In this document: piece after piece, positions 19,861 through 29,263 of the stretch | How the letters are laid out: every line of letters starts with the position of its first letter | Position numbering within the stretch: position 1 is the first letter of the stretch | NCBI GenBank assembly: GCA_034928085.1 | Contig: JAYFPG010000022.1 | Coordinates: 51,456 to 115,455 of the forward strand | DNA length: 64,000 bases | Direction of reading: 5' to 3' | Origin: Paludibacter sp. | GTDB lineage: Bacteria; Bacteroidota; Bacteroidia; Bacteroidales; Paludibacteraceae | Program-made: the position numbers and the translations under genes | Notes under the pieces: model-generated | What the model saw: the letters and a program-made list of their open reading frames with translations, nothing else | Database searches by the model: none | Told to the model about the DNA's origin: nothing

Positions 19861-21243
19861 TCAATGGATTGTATGCTTCGGCTTCCAAACAAACAACGCC
19901 AGCACAAACGAAATAGTCGATGCGGCAATCCAGAAGGTGGCTGCCGGCATGAAGTTGTACTGAACATCGGCGCCCACAATCACTTTGTTACTCTCGATGA
20001 GCCATCCGCTGGCAATGTCCTGCAATCCGGCACCGATGTAACTGGCAATGCCCACGATGCCTAAGGCTGCTCCGCTGGCATTGCGCGGTACGAGGTCGAC
20101 AGCCATCAGTCCGCCAATGAAACAAATAAGTACCCCGATGGCAACGCCGAACAATACCATACTCAGTACATTTACCCAAACACTGTTACCCGAGAATACG
20201 AACAGACAAAGCGCGATGGTGTTGAGTACGCCGAAAATCAGCGCCGGGGCGTTGCGTTTGCCTTTGAAAAGCTTGTCGGAGAACCAGCCTGATAATACGG
20301 TTCCAAAAATACCCAGCAAAGCGTTGATGGAAATAATCTGTGTGGCAGAGGCTAAGGAGAAACCTTTGACTTCCTGCAAGTACAACACGCCCCAACCGTT
20401 AATCGCGTAACGGCTTACGTACATGAAGGCGCTTGAAAGGGCAATAATCCATACATAAGGGTTTTTCAATACTGCCTTTTGAGTTGCCGAAACCGATTTC
20501 TTCTCGACGGTTTTGGCTTCGCTGGACAAAATCTCAACGGGAGGTAAGCCCTTGCTTTGTGGAGTATCGTGCATGAGGAAAAGGATGATGACAACTCCGA
20601 GGATGCCGGCGAGTGATGAGCCGACGAACCCCCACTGCCATCCGGCGATACCCACCACAGCTCCCACGAAAATGAATGACAGGAACTCACCGATGTTGTG
20701 ACTGGCGCTGAAGAACCCGTAGAAAGTTCCGCGTTCTTTCAGCGGAAACCAGCGGGAGAGGGCAATGATGGCCGGTGCAGCGCCCATCGACTGTGACCAG
20801 CCGTTGATTCCCCACAGGATGGCGAAGGACAGAAAAAACACAAAGGAAGTGATGGCCATACCGTTACTGGAAGTGAAACCGAGTAGTCCCACTGCCAGGT
20901 TGGCAATTGCCGATACACCCAGACCGGCAGCCATAAAACGTTTTATATTGGAATGGTCGGCCAGAAACCCGTTTACGAACTTACCAATCGCGTAAGTAAA
21001 AAGAAGTGCAGAACCAATAATACCCAGTTGATGTGCGTCCAGCACGCCCGAATCGAGTATGGGCTTTTTAACCACATTCAGACTGGTACGGGCCACATAA
21101 TAAAGACTATACCCCAGCGTTCCCGCGATGAAACTTGAATAGCGAAGTTTATTGTAATACTTTTTTTGCGCCGCCGCATCGCCCTGAAAGGGCTGTTCGG
21201 CCGGAGCGCTCGTTTTGAAAAATGAGACGAACTGTTTGAGCAT
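19861..21243 (-). CDS. MFS organophosphate:phosphate antiporter (GlpT/UhpT/PgtP family)
   Basis: 12 TM pattern; YYVARTSLNV, GWSQSMG, RWFPLKERGT, SHNIG motifs of the OPA family; exact substrate not determinable. Confidence 0.88.
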   Translation of the reverse strand: MLKQFVSFFKTSAPAEQPFQGDAAAQKKYYNKLRYSSFIAGTLGYSLYYVARTSLNVVKKPILDSGVLDAHQLGIIGSALLFTYAIGKFVNGFLADHSNIKRFMAAGLGVSAIANLAVGLLGFTSSNGMAITSFVFFLSFAILWGINGWSQSMGAAPAIIALSRWFPLKERGTFYGFFSASHNIGEFLSFIFVGAVVGIAGWQWGFVGSSLAGILGVVIILFLMHDTPQSKGLPPVEILSSEAKTVEKKSVSATQKAVLKNPYVWIIALSSAFMYVSRYAINGWGVLYLQEVKGFSLASATQIISINALLGIFGTVLSGWFSDKLFKGKRNAPALIFGVLNTIALCLFVFSGNSVWVNVLSMVLFGVAIGVLICFIGGLMAVDLVPRNASGAALGIVGIASYIGAGLQDIASGWLIESNKVIVGADVQYNFMPAATFWIAASTISFVLALFVWKPKHTIH

Positions 21244-21329
21244 GATTCTATTTTAAAGTTAATGATGTAATTTGCCACTCCTTCAATACACGTTTGAAAG
21301 ACAAATTACCCAAGTGTTGGATAGTTTTT

Positions 21330-23162
21330 TTAGTTTAATTTAACAGTGTTTGTCCTGCCAGTTTGTACCTTACCAACAAATGCTGCGGTTTTGATAAGGT
21401 CCCCTTTATTTACCTCTAATGGTTTTTTATAAGGAGTCGATTGTCTGGTAGGATCAGTTCCGTCAGTTGTATAAAACAACTCAGCATTGGGCAGGTCAAT
21501 TTTTATTACCAGCTTTTTAGGGTATGAACTACTTCTGCGGTCGTAATAAAATATTGGTTCATAAAACGCCTGACTGTAATTCATGCCCCAATGACTCATT
21601 CTATTGAACATTTGTAATACACCAGTTTTGAATGTATCGTAGTTTTTGTTCGCTGATAACGTCCATCCAACTTCGGATAGAGCGAATGCACGTGGAAAAG
21701 TTTGTTCGGCCACACGTTCCGGTGTTTTCATATATTCCGTCCATACATTTCCTTGTACTCCAATGATAAATTGATGTTGTTCTTCCGTAAGTTTTTCGGT
21801 GTATGGCTCGTAATGATAAACAGTCTCAAGGGGTAAGAATCTTTTTCGTCCGAAATCATATTCGTCTAATTCTCCGCCAAGCTGTGAGTAATCGAAATAG
21901 CAATAGGTGTTTGGGCTCATAATAACCTGATGTTTTTGCGATGCAGCGGCTATTCCTCCTGCTTCTCCGCGCCACGACATTACTGTTGCATTGGGTGCCA
22001 CTCCTCCTTCTAAAATTTCATCCCAGCCGATAATTTGTTTCCCATGCTGATTCAGGTATTTCTCAATTTCAGTTATGAAATAACTTTGCAATTCATCTTC
22101 GTTTTTCAGACCTTTATCATTGATGAGTTGTTGGCAATGAGTACAGGATTTCCACGACTCTTTCGGACATTCATCACCTCCTATATGATAATACTCAGAA
22201 GGAAATATATCAAATAATTCATCAAAGACTCCTTTAAGAAATTCAAACGTAGCGGGTTTAGGACAAAACACTTCGCTAAAGACGCCCCAACGTTCACCTA
22301 CCTTGTATTCTTTTTCAGGTAAACAGGATAATTCAGGATATGAGGCTATGGCTGCCAATGCATGACCGGGAAGTTCAATTTCAGGAATAACAGTGATAAA
22401 GCGCTCAGCGGCATAACGTACAACTTCCCTGGCATCGTCCTGTGTATAGAATCCTTCGTGTGGAGTCTCATCATAGACACGGTCTTTCCAGTTTCCTATT
22501 GCAGTCCTGGCTCTTTTGCTGCCAATCTCAGTCAGAAAAGGGTATTTTTTTATTTCGATTCGCCAGCCCTGATCTTCAGTTAAATGCCAGTGAAATCGGT
22601 TTATCTTACACAATGCAAGTACGTCTAAGTACCTTTTAATGAAATCAACCGGCATAAAATGACGTCCTGTATCCAACATGATTCCCCTGTATGCAAAACG
22701 GGGAGAATCTTTGACTGTGATACACGGCAATTTCACAGTGCTGCGTTTAGTTACAATGCAGCCAAATACAGTCACGGGGAATAATTGCAACAGTGTTTGC
22801 GTGGCATAAAATGCACCCGCGGGAGAACCGTATGTAATCACAATTTCCTGAGTAGAGATTTTCATTTCGTATGCTTCTTCCGACAATGTTTTTTCATGTA
22901 CAAATCGAATCTGGTTTTTGCCGGGGATATTTTTTTGTGCAGATTTTATCCAGATATTTGTGCCGTTTTGTACGCGTTCCGAAAAAAGTGTTGCAATGGG
23001 GCCTATGACACTGTCTGTATATGAAATCAGGGTTTTATCATTGACTGTAAATTTTTTTGTTTCGAATTGTATGAATGCCGGTTCAGGTATAACCCTGGGT
23101 TGATTAGTTGATAATAAGGTCTGTTGAACAAAAAAAAGAAACGCGAACAAAATAATTCTCAT
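21330..23162 (-). CDS. GH20 beta-N-acetylhexosaminidase with C-terminal chitobiase/Fn3-like domain
   Basis: MLDTGRHF, HWHLTEDQGWR, HIGGDE, VQGNVWTEY; YTTDGTDP C-domain. Confidence 0.93.
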   Translation of the reverse strand: MRIILFAFLFFVQQTLLSTNQPRVIPEPAFIQFETKKFTVNDKTLISYTDSVIGPIATLFSERVQNGTNIWIKSAQKNIPGKNQIRFVHEKTLSEEAYEMKISTQEIVITYGSPAGAFYATQTLLQLFPVTVFGCIVTKRSTVKLPCITVKDSPRFAYRGIMLDTGRHFMPVDFIKRYLDVLALCKINRFHWHLTEDQGWRIEIKKYPFLTEIGSKRARTAIGNWKDRVYDETPHEGFYTQDDAREVVRYAAERFITVIPEIELPGHALAAIASYPELSCLPEKEYKVGERWGVFSEVFCPKPATFEFLKGVFDELFDIFPSEYYHIGGDECPKESWKSCTHCQQLINDKGLKNEDELQSYFITEIEKYLNQHGKQIIGWDEILEGGVAPNATVMSWRGEAGGIAAASQKHQVIMSPNTYCYFDYSQLGGELDEYDFGRKRFLPLETVYHYEPYTEKLTEEQHQFIIGVQGNVWTEYMKTPERVAEQTFPRAFALSEVGWTLSANKNYDTFKTGVLQMFNRMSHWGMNYSQAFYEPIFYYDRRSSSYPKKLVIKIDLPNAELFYTTDGTDPTRQSTPYKKPLEVNKGDLIKTAAFVGKVQTGRTNTVKLN

Positions 23163-23204
23163 CTCAATGTGTTTTTTGATGTTATGTAAACTGATTTTTA
23201 AAAT

Positions 23205-23236
23205 TTCGGGCAGATTTATTGCTAAACCTGCCCGAA
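23205..23236. repeat. Intergenic stem-loop, copy 2 of the GGCAGATTT family
   Basis: ttcgggcagattta-ttgc-taaacctgcccgaa. Confidence 0.65.
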
Positions 23237-23262
23237 TATACAGCGGTTATGCTATGTCAGGC

Positions 23263-24726
23263 TTATTTTATTAGTTTTCTTGTAATAACTTTACCTGATT
23301 GGCTTGTCATTTTAACCAGAAGCAATTTGTTATTATCTGATAAAACGATCGAGGCACCATCTACTGTTTGATTAAATGTCTTCAATAAAGCTCCTTTAGC
23401 ATCATAAACAGATACTTTTAATGCTTCAGTTACATCTTTAAAGATTATCAGATTTCCGTTTGCGATTACTGCTGGTTCCTGATGTTCTTTTTGAGGGTTA
23501 GTTCCTGTTGTAATGTCAGGGATATTGGTCAATCCGTCAATATCTTGAGCATCTGAACGGGAGGCCACCCATAATAACTGAGGATAAATGCTGCTTCTGA
23601 GTTGTTGTGACCATACAGCTGTTTCACCTGCCATCGGAAATCCCAATTCAACATAGTAATTTACTGCATTCGACAAGTAAGTAAGGTCTTTTAATGAACC
23701 ATCCACAGGAGAGATTGTTCCTGTTCCAGGAGTGTTGAAGTAGCCTGGAGTAACCCATTCTCCTCCTCTTCTCATTTTAACACCATCATATGACCAGCTA
23801 TTCAATACTTTACCAAATTTGCTGGTAGTTCCGGTGTTGTCACAGTAACCAACAATCATTCCCATTGAATTAGCTGTAGATCCTTCTTCTTCCAAATCAG
23901 CAAATGCGACACTATTTTCAATCGTATGTTCAGTTTCACCGACAATACCCCCGATTCTTCCTTTTCCTGTACGATAAAAACCTGTTGCATAACAATTCTG
24001 GATGGGAGAGATTGTGTTGTTGGCAGCAGTTGTATTGGCAAGCACTAATCCGGCAATACCTCCGGTACGAACAGTGGAAGAACTTCCGGCATATACATTG
24101 TGTAATTCTCCTGAGAAATAGCAGTTCTTTACGAATGAAGTAGTTCCGTTATTGGATGGTCTTCCGATACTACCGGCAATTCCACCAACGGTACCACCAC
24201 CTCCCAGTATATACCCAGTAGCGTAACAATTTTCTATGCTACCAGTTCTGTAATGATTGTTTGAGGGGGTGCCACTTCCTACGTAACCCACGAATGCTCC
24301 AATTCCACCTACTGCTGGACAGTTTATGTAAACATTTACTAATCCTAAATTTCTGATTGTACCCCAGATAAATCCTGCAAAACTTTGATAGTTTGCAGTC
24401 TTACCTTCGATATGCATATTTTTGATAACAAATCCATTGCCATCAAAGTCCATGTAAGCAGCTGATGATGATGCACCATCTTTGTAAGGCATCCAGTTAT
24501 TGGTTTCCGCGATGTCTTTTAAATCAATGTCATTCATTAATTTAAAGAACTTCATCTCAGTAGCACTCAGGTTATTCCTGACATTGTCTAACTGGACTGC
24601 CGTTCTGATTTGCCATGGATTTTCCTGTGTTCCATTTCCGCCTGAAAAATCGGCGTCACCCTGAGCTATCACATTACTGGTGAAGCTAAATAATGTAACT
24701 AATAAAGTAAAAATAATTTTCTTCAT
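23263..24726 (-). CDS. T9SS-secreted GLUG-repeat-like protein of unknown function (paralogue A)
   Basis: FSGGNGTQENPWQIRTAVQL N-motif; repeated GGIAG/GGIVG and ..NCYA.G units; C-terminal CTD (VSVYDAKG...ITRKLIK); start moved to MKKIIF (24726). Confidence 0.72.
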   Translation of the reverse strand: MKKIIFTLLVTLFSFTSNVIAQGDADFSGGNGTQENPWQIRTAVQLDNVRNNLSATEMKFFKLMNDIDLKDIAETNNWMPYKDGASSSAAYMDFDGNGFVIKNMHIEGKTANYQSFAGFIWGTIRNLGLVNVYINCPAVGGIGAFVGYVGSGTPSNNHYRTGSIENCYATGYILGGGGTVGGIAGSIGRPSNNGTTSFVKNCYFSGELHNVYAGSSSTVRTGGIAGLVLANTTAANNTISPIQNCYATGFYRTGKGRIGGIVGETEHTIENSVAFADLEEEGSTANSMGMIVGYCDNTGTTSKFGKVLNSWSYDGVKMRRGGEWVTPGYFNTPGTGTISPVDGSLKDLTYLSNAVNYYVELGFPMAGETAVWSQQLRSSIYPQLLWVASRSDAQDIDGLTNIPDITTGTNPQKEHQEPAVIANGNLIIFKDVTEALKVSVYDAKGALLKTFNQTVDGASIVLSDNNKLLLVKMTSQSGKVITRKLIK

Positions 24727-24801
24727 ACTTTTAAATTTTAAAATAAACAATTCTTAATTATCTTTGATTAATATATTCTTCTGATTAAAATCTGAAATTA
24801 T

Positions 24802-26196
24802 TTAAATCTTAACCACTTTCTTTTTTATTCTACTTTCTTCTGCCTTAAAGCCCATTACATGACTTTCGATAGAAACATCGATGGTGCTGGATAAATATTT
24901 TGCATCCTGGTTACTGACAGCTAATACAAAGTCTTTAAGAATTCCCCAGTCGCCTCCGCCATGGCTTGAATATCCCGGAAGTTTGGAGATATCCTCGTCC
25001 CAGACTGATTTATTATTTGTAAGGAAATCAGTAACTGTGAATTTATTCATATCACCGACAATATCTCCTTTAGTTCCCATGATTCTGGTATGCCGTCCGC
25101 CGTACGATGTGTGTCCTTCCATCGAGAAGGTCACGGTTGTTCCTCCGTCAAACTCCATATTCATAACATAGTGGTCGCATTGATCGTTATTGCAATGGAA
25201 AACACACTGTCCGTAATTGCTTGTTTCGAGCTGCTTCATGATGTAATCGTGATGTTTTGATTTATCAGCAGGCAAATCAAAAACATATAAGTGGCGTTTG
25301 TCACGGGTATATATTTTTATGGCTGAATACGGACATTCTTTTTCTATGCTACACGTTGTACATCTGGTGGAGGAGCCTTCCGGAGCATTTTCTTTTTTGA
25401 AGTATCTAAGGTCGCCAAAAGCTGAGACTTGTTTACAATCTTTATTAATAATCCATCTCATCAAATCAAGATCATGACAGGATTTTGCAATAATAATTGG
25501 GGTGGTCTTTTTTGAATCGTGCCAGTTACCTCTTACATAGGAGTGAGCCATGTGATGATGTCTGATCGCTTCAAAATGCTGTATGCTAACAATGTCTCCA
25601 ATAATGCCTTTATCAATTACATCCTTCAAAGCCACAAAATAGGGCGCATACCGCAATACATGACAAACTCCAACTATTCTGTTGTGTTTTTTAGCTTGAT
25701 TCTGAATCTTCTTACACTCGGCAACTGATTGCGCCACCGGTTTTTCGAGCAACACGTCATATCCCATCTCCAATGCTTTCATACAGGGGGCAAAGTGCAG
25801 ATTGTCGGGTGTCGAAATTATTACCACATCAGCAAACTTAGTTTTGCTGAACACTTCAGACCAGTCGCCAAATTGTTGACCCTCCGGAATCTGATGCTGC
25901 TCAGCCATGCGTCTTTTTCTTTCTTCATTGATATCCGAAACGCCCACAATTGTGAGTGAACCCGGATATTGTTTTGCATAACCGGCATAAGTTGTTCCTC
26001 TTGAACCGGCTCCAATTACGATGGCGGTAACGGGCTTGTCTACTTTTGCCTCCTGATTTGTCAGCCCGGTGGAAATGCGTTTGATGTTTTTATCTTCTTG
26101 TGAGCTTGCACCTTTTGCAATTGAAGGTAACCCTCCCAATATAGCAGTTGCAGTCCCGGCGCCAATAACCTTTAGAAATTCACTTCTTTTCATCAT
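24802..26196 (-). CDS. Gfo/Idh/MocA-family NAD-dependent oxidoreductase with Tat-like signal
   Basis: MMKRSEFLK Tat-like leader; VIGAGSRG Rossmann motif; LLEKPV; KSCHDLD; HGGGD. Confidence 0.88.
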   Translation of the reverse strand: MMKRSEFLKVIGAGTATAILGGLPSIAKGASSQEDKNIKRISTGLTNQEAKVDKPVTAIVIGAGSRGTTYAGYAKQYPGSLTIVGVSDINEERKRRMAEQHQIPEGQQFGDWSEVFSKTKFADVVIISTPDNLHFAPCMKALEMGYDVLLEKPVAQSVAECKKIQNQAKKHNRIVGVCHVLRYAPYFVALKDVIDKGIIGDIVSIQHFEAIRHHHMAHSYVRGNWHDSKKTTPIIIAKSCHDLDLMRWIINKDCKQVSAFGDLRYFKKENAPEGSSTRCTTCSIEKECPYSAIKIYTRDKRHLYVFDLPADKSKHHDYIMKQLETSNYGQCVFHCNNDQCDHYVMNMEFDGGTTVTFSMEGHTSYGGRHTRIMGTKGDIVGDMNKFTVTDFLTNNKSVWDEDISKLPGYSSHGGGDWGILKDFVLAVSNQDAKYLSSTIDVSIESHVMGFKAEESRIKKKVVKI

Positions 26197-26257
26197 TAAA
26201 ATTATATAATATCGTTTCCGGATAGAAATAATTTTATTCCATCCAATTGGTTTTTAA

Positions 26258-26286
26258 CCGGGCAGATTTATTGCAAATCTGCCCGG
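26258..26286. repeat. Intergenic stem-loop, copy 3 of the GGCAGATTT family
   Basis: ccgggcagattt-attgc-aaatctgcccgg, perfect 12-bp stem, no U-tract. Confidence 0.7.
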
Positions 26287-26307
26287 ATGAATTTGTTCTT
26301 TTAATAC

Positions 26308-27765
26308 CTATTTGATTATTTTTCTTGTATATGCTGCTCCGGATTTTGTAGTCATCTTCACGAGCAATATGTGGTCTCTGTCGGATAAAACAATAGAGGC
26401 GCCATCTTCAGCTTGATCAAATGATTTTAATAGCGCTCCATTTGAGTTGTATACAGAAACCTTGTAATGTTCTTTAATGTCTTTAAAAATTATCAAGTTA
26501 CCAGCAGAAAAAACAATTGGACCTTCATCTTCCATCATCGGTGATTTAACGGATGTAATGGATGGAATAGTTGTTAGACCGTCAATGTTTTGAGCGTCAG
26601 AACGGGAAGCAACCCATAACAACTGCGGATATTTACTGCTTCTGAGTTGTTGTGACCAAATTGCAGATTCTCCTGCCATCGGGAATCCCAATCCAATATA
26701 ATAATTAACAGCTGTCGACAGATATGCATTATCTTTCAAAATACCATCAACTGGTGATATACTTCCCACACCAGGAGTATCGAAGTTACTTGCCGTTACC
26801 CATTGACCGCCTCTTCTCATTTTTGATTCGTTAAATGACCAGCAATTCTGGACACTTCCAAATTTATTGGTGCCGTTGTTATCACACCGACCAACAATCA
26901 ATCCCATTGAAGTTTCAGTTTCCCCGATTTCTTCTAAATCAGCATAGGAAACAGAGTTCTCTATCGTTAGTTCTGTTTCGCCTGCAATTCCTCCGATTCT
27001 TCCTTTTGCTGTGCGGAAATATCCGGTTGCATAACAGTTTTGAATCGGAGATACCGTATTGTTCGCAGCAGTGGTATTTGCCCATACTATACCGGCAATA
27101 CCACCTGTACGAACTGTTGCAGATGAACCTGTGTACGTATTCTGTAAAGATCCTGAGAAATAGCAGTTTTTAACATAAGATGGAGTGCCATTATTTGAAG
27201 CCCTACCAATATTTGCCGTGATACCGGCAACATTACCACCACCACCGGAAACAAAACCTGTTGCATAACAATTCTCAATTACCCCGGTTCTGTGATGGTT
27301 CGTTCCGGGCGTAAGACTTCCGACGTAACCTGAAAATGGGGCTACAGCTCCTACTGTTGGACAGTTGATGTAAACATTCACCAGCCCCAGATTTCTGATT
27401 TTTCCCCAAAGATAACCGGCAAAACTTTGGTAATTGGCTGTTTTTTCTTCAATGTGCATGTTTTTGATAACAAAACCATTACCGTCAAAATCCATGTATG
27501 CACCTGCTGATGCAGCAGCATCTCTGTAAGGATTCCAATTGTTGGTTTCTGCAATGTCTTTTAAATCAATGTCATTCATCAATTTAAAATACTTCATCTC
27601 GGTTGCACTCAGATTATTTCTTACATTGTCTAACTGAACTGCTGTCCTGATTTGCCACGGATTTTCCTGTGTGCCGTTTCCTCCTGAAAAATCGGCATCA
27701 CCCTCTGCTGATACGCCAGTATAACAAAACAGAGCTACAAATAGTGTAAAAATAATTTTCTTCAT
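26308..27765 (-). CDS. T9SS-secreted GLUG-repeat-like protein (paralogue B)
   Basis: Colinear with 23263-24726, including long identical runs (ADFSGGNGTQENPWQIRTAVQLDNVRNNLSATEMK; YPQLLWVASRSDAQ); CTD. Confidence 0.72.
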   Translation of the reverse strand: MKKIIFTLFVALFCYTGVSAEGDADFSGGNGTQENPWQIRTAVQLDNVRNNLSATEMKYFKLMNDIDLKDIAETNNWNPYRDAAASAGAYMDFDGNGFVIKNMHIEEKTANYQSFAGYLWGKIRNLGLVNVYINCPTVGAVAPFSGYVGSLTPGTNHHRTGVIENCYATGFVSGGGGNVAGITANIGRASNNGTPSYVKNCYFSGSLQNTYTGSSATVRTGGIAGIVWANTTAANNTVSPIQNCYATGYFRTAKGRIGGIAGETELTIENSVSYADLEEIGETETSMGLIVGRCDNNGTNKFGSVQNCWSFNESKMRRGGQWVTASNFDTPGVGSISPVDGILKDNAYLSTAVNYYIGLGFPMAGESAIWSQQLRSSKYPQLLWVASRSDAQNIDGLTTIPSITSVKSPMMEDEGPIVFSAGNLIIFKDIKEHYKVSVYNSNGALLKSFDQAEDGASIVLSDRDHILLVKMTTKSGAAYTRKIIK

Positions 27766-27813
27766 ACTCTTTAAATTTAAAATTAGACTTATATAAGTTA
27801 TTTGAAAACGAAA

Positions 27814-29244
27814 CTATTTAACCACAACTTTTACCATGATTGGAAGATGGTCGGATTCAACCGACATATTACCGTGCGGTGAACTGCTAATGACTCTTGA
27901 ATCAATTATTTCATATTCGCGGCCTTTGTTGAGCATCAGGATATAATCGATGCATTTATCCGGAGCATTTGCCGGAAATGTATAGCCATAAGTTGATAAT
28001 TGAATCCAGTTTTTATGAAACTCCTGCATAGTGGCTGAATTGGGTAACACGTTGAAGTCACCGGCAATGAATACCGGTTTTGGCGAATTGCCATATTGTT
28101 CACGAACTTTAGCTGTGATTTCCTGCGCTTGTATTTTAGAAATATTCACGTCAAGATCCAGGTGGGTGCTAATCATTACATATTTCGGGAATTCTGCAAT
28201 CAGAAACACCCGCTGTTCTTTACCACTAGTTAATTTATACGATGAAGAACTGATGATATTGTCTGGAGAAGTTACACCTAAACCGTAACTGCCGCCTTTG
28301 TAGGGAATTGTCCTTGTGTAGCGGTAATTCCATCCGTTTAACCCGGAAAGATATTCCAGTTGATATACTTTATTAGTACGGGTGGTAGCACTGTCTAATT
28401 CCTGCATACAAACAACATTAGGATTTAAAGACTTCAGTATGTTTGCAACTGCCTGATAATTACCGTTCGTGAAAGTCGTGTTGTTGATGAAAACCCTGAC
28501 ATTATATGAAACAAGTGTCAATGTGTCGGGCATTGAAGGTCTGAGATTCTCATTTGCTTTAACGCCACCGGCAATACCTCCTGTGTAAACAGTTGACGAG
28601 TTACCTGTGTATGAATTGTAAAGTTCGCCGGAAAAATAACAATTTCTGATATAAGATGGAGTCCCATCATCAGCAGGGCGTCCAATAAAACCGGTTATGC
28701 CTCCTATAGCTCCTCCGCCGGAAGATACGAATCCCGAAGCAAAACTGTTTTCAATAGCCCCGGTTTTTATAGGAGTATCCGCAGGGAATGCAGCACCTAC
28801 ATATCCGGCAAATGACCCGACACTCCCGATTTTGGGAGCGTTAATATACACATTAGTGAGTCCGAGATTCATTATTTTGCCAAACAGAACGCCAACAAAA
28901 CTTTGATAGTTTGGGCTTGATGCTGAACCGGTTGAAATATGCATGTTTTTAATTAGATATCCGTTTCCATCAATTTCAACAAAAGCTCCGCTTGTGTTTA
29001 TTGGAGTCCAGTTGTTTGTCTCTCCGATGTCTCTTAAATCAATATCGTTGAGTAGTTTGAAGTATTTTAATCCAGATACAGATCCATTGTTGTCTCTGAT
29101 TTTATTTAACTGAGTAGCTGTTGCGATTAACCAGGGACTTTCTTTTGTGCCATTACCGCCTGAGAAATCAGCATTATCTGCTACAGTAACACTTTTAGAA
29201 AAGCCAAATAAAATAATCAGGATGAAAAAAAACAATTTCTTCAT
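27814..29244 (-). CDS. Fusion of N-terminal GLUG-repeat-like domain and EEP (endonuclease/exonuclease/phosphatase) domain
   Basis: First ~235 aa align with paralogues A/B; then SYNV, QELD, GDFN, IDYI and SDH (EEP motifs); no CTD. Confidence 0.8.
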   Translation of the reverse strand: MKKLFFFILIILFGFSKSVTVADNADFSGGNGTKESPWLIATATQLNKIRDNNGSVSGLKYFKLLNDIDLRDIGETNNWTPINTSGAFVEIDGNGYLIKNMHISTGSASSPNYQSFVGVLFGKIMNLGLTNVYINAPKIGSVGSFAGYVGAAFPADTPIKTGAIENSFASGFVSSGGGAIGGITGFIGRPADDGTPSYIRNCYFSGELYNSYTGNSSTVYTGGIAGGVKANENLRPSMPDTLTLVSYNVRVFINNTTFTNGNYQAVANILKSLNPNVVCMQELDSATTRTNKVYQLEYLSGLNGWNYRYTRTIPYKGGSYGLGVTSPDNIISSSSYKLTSGKEQRVFLIAEFPKYVMISTHLDLDVNISKIQAQEITAKVREQYGNSPKPVFIAGDFNVLPNSATMQEFHKNWIQLSTYGYTFPANAPDKCIDYILMLNKGREYEIIDSRVISSSPHGNMSVESDHLPIMVKVVVK

Positions 29245-29263
29245 AACTTTATGTCGGGAATAT

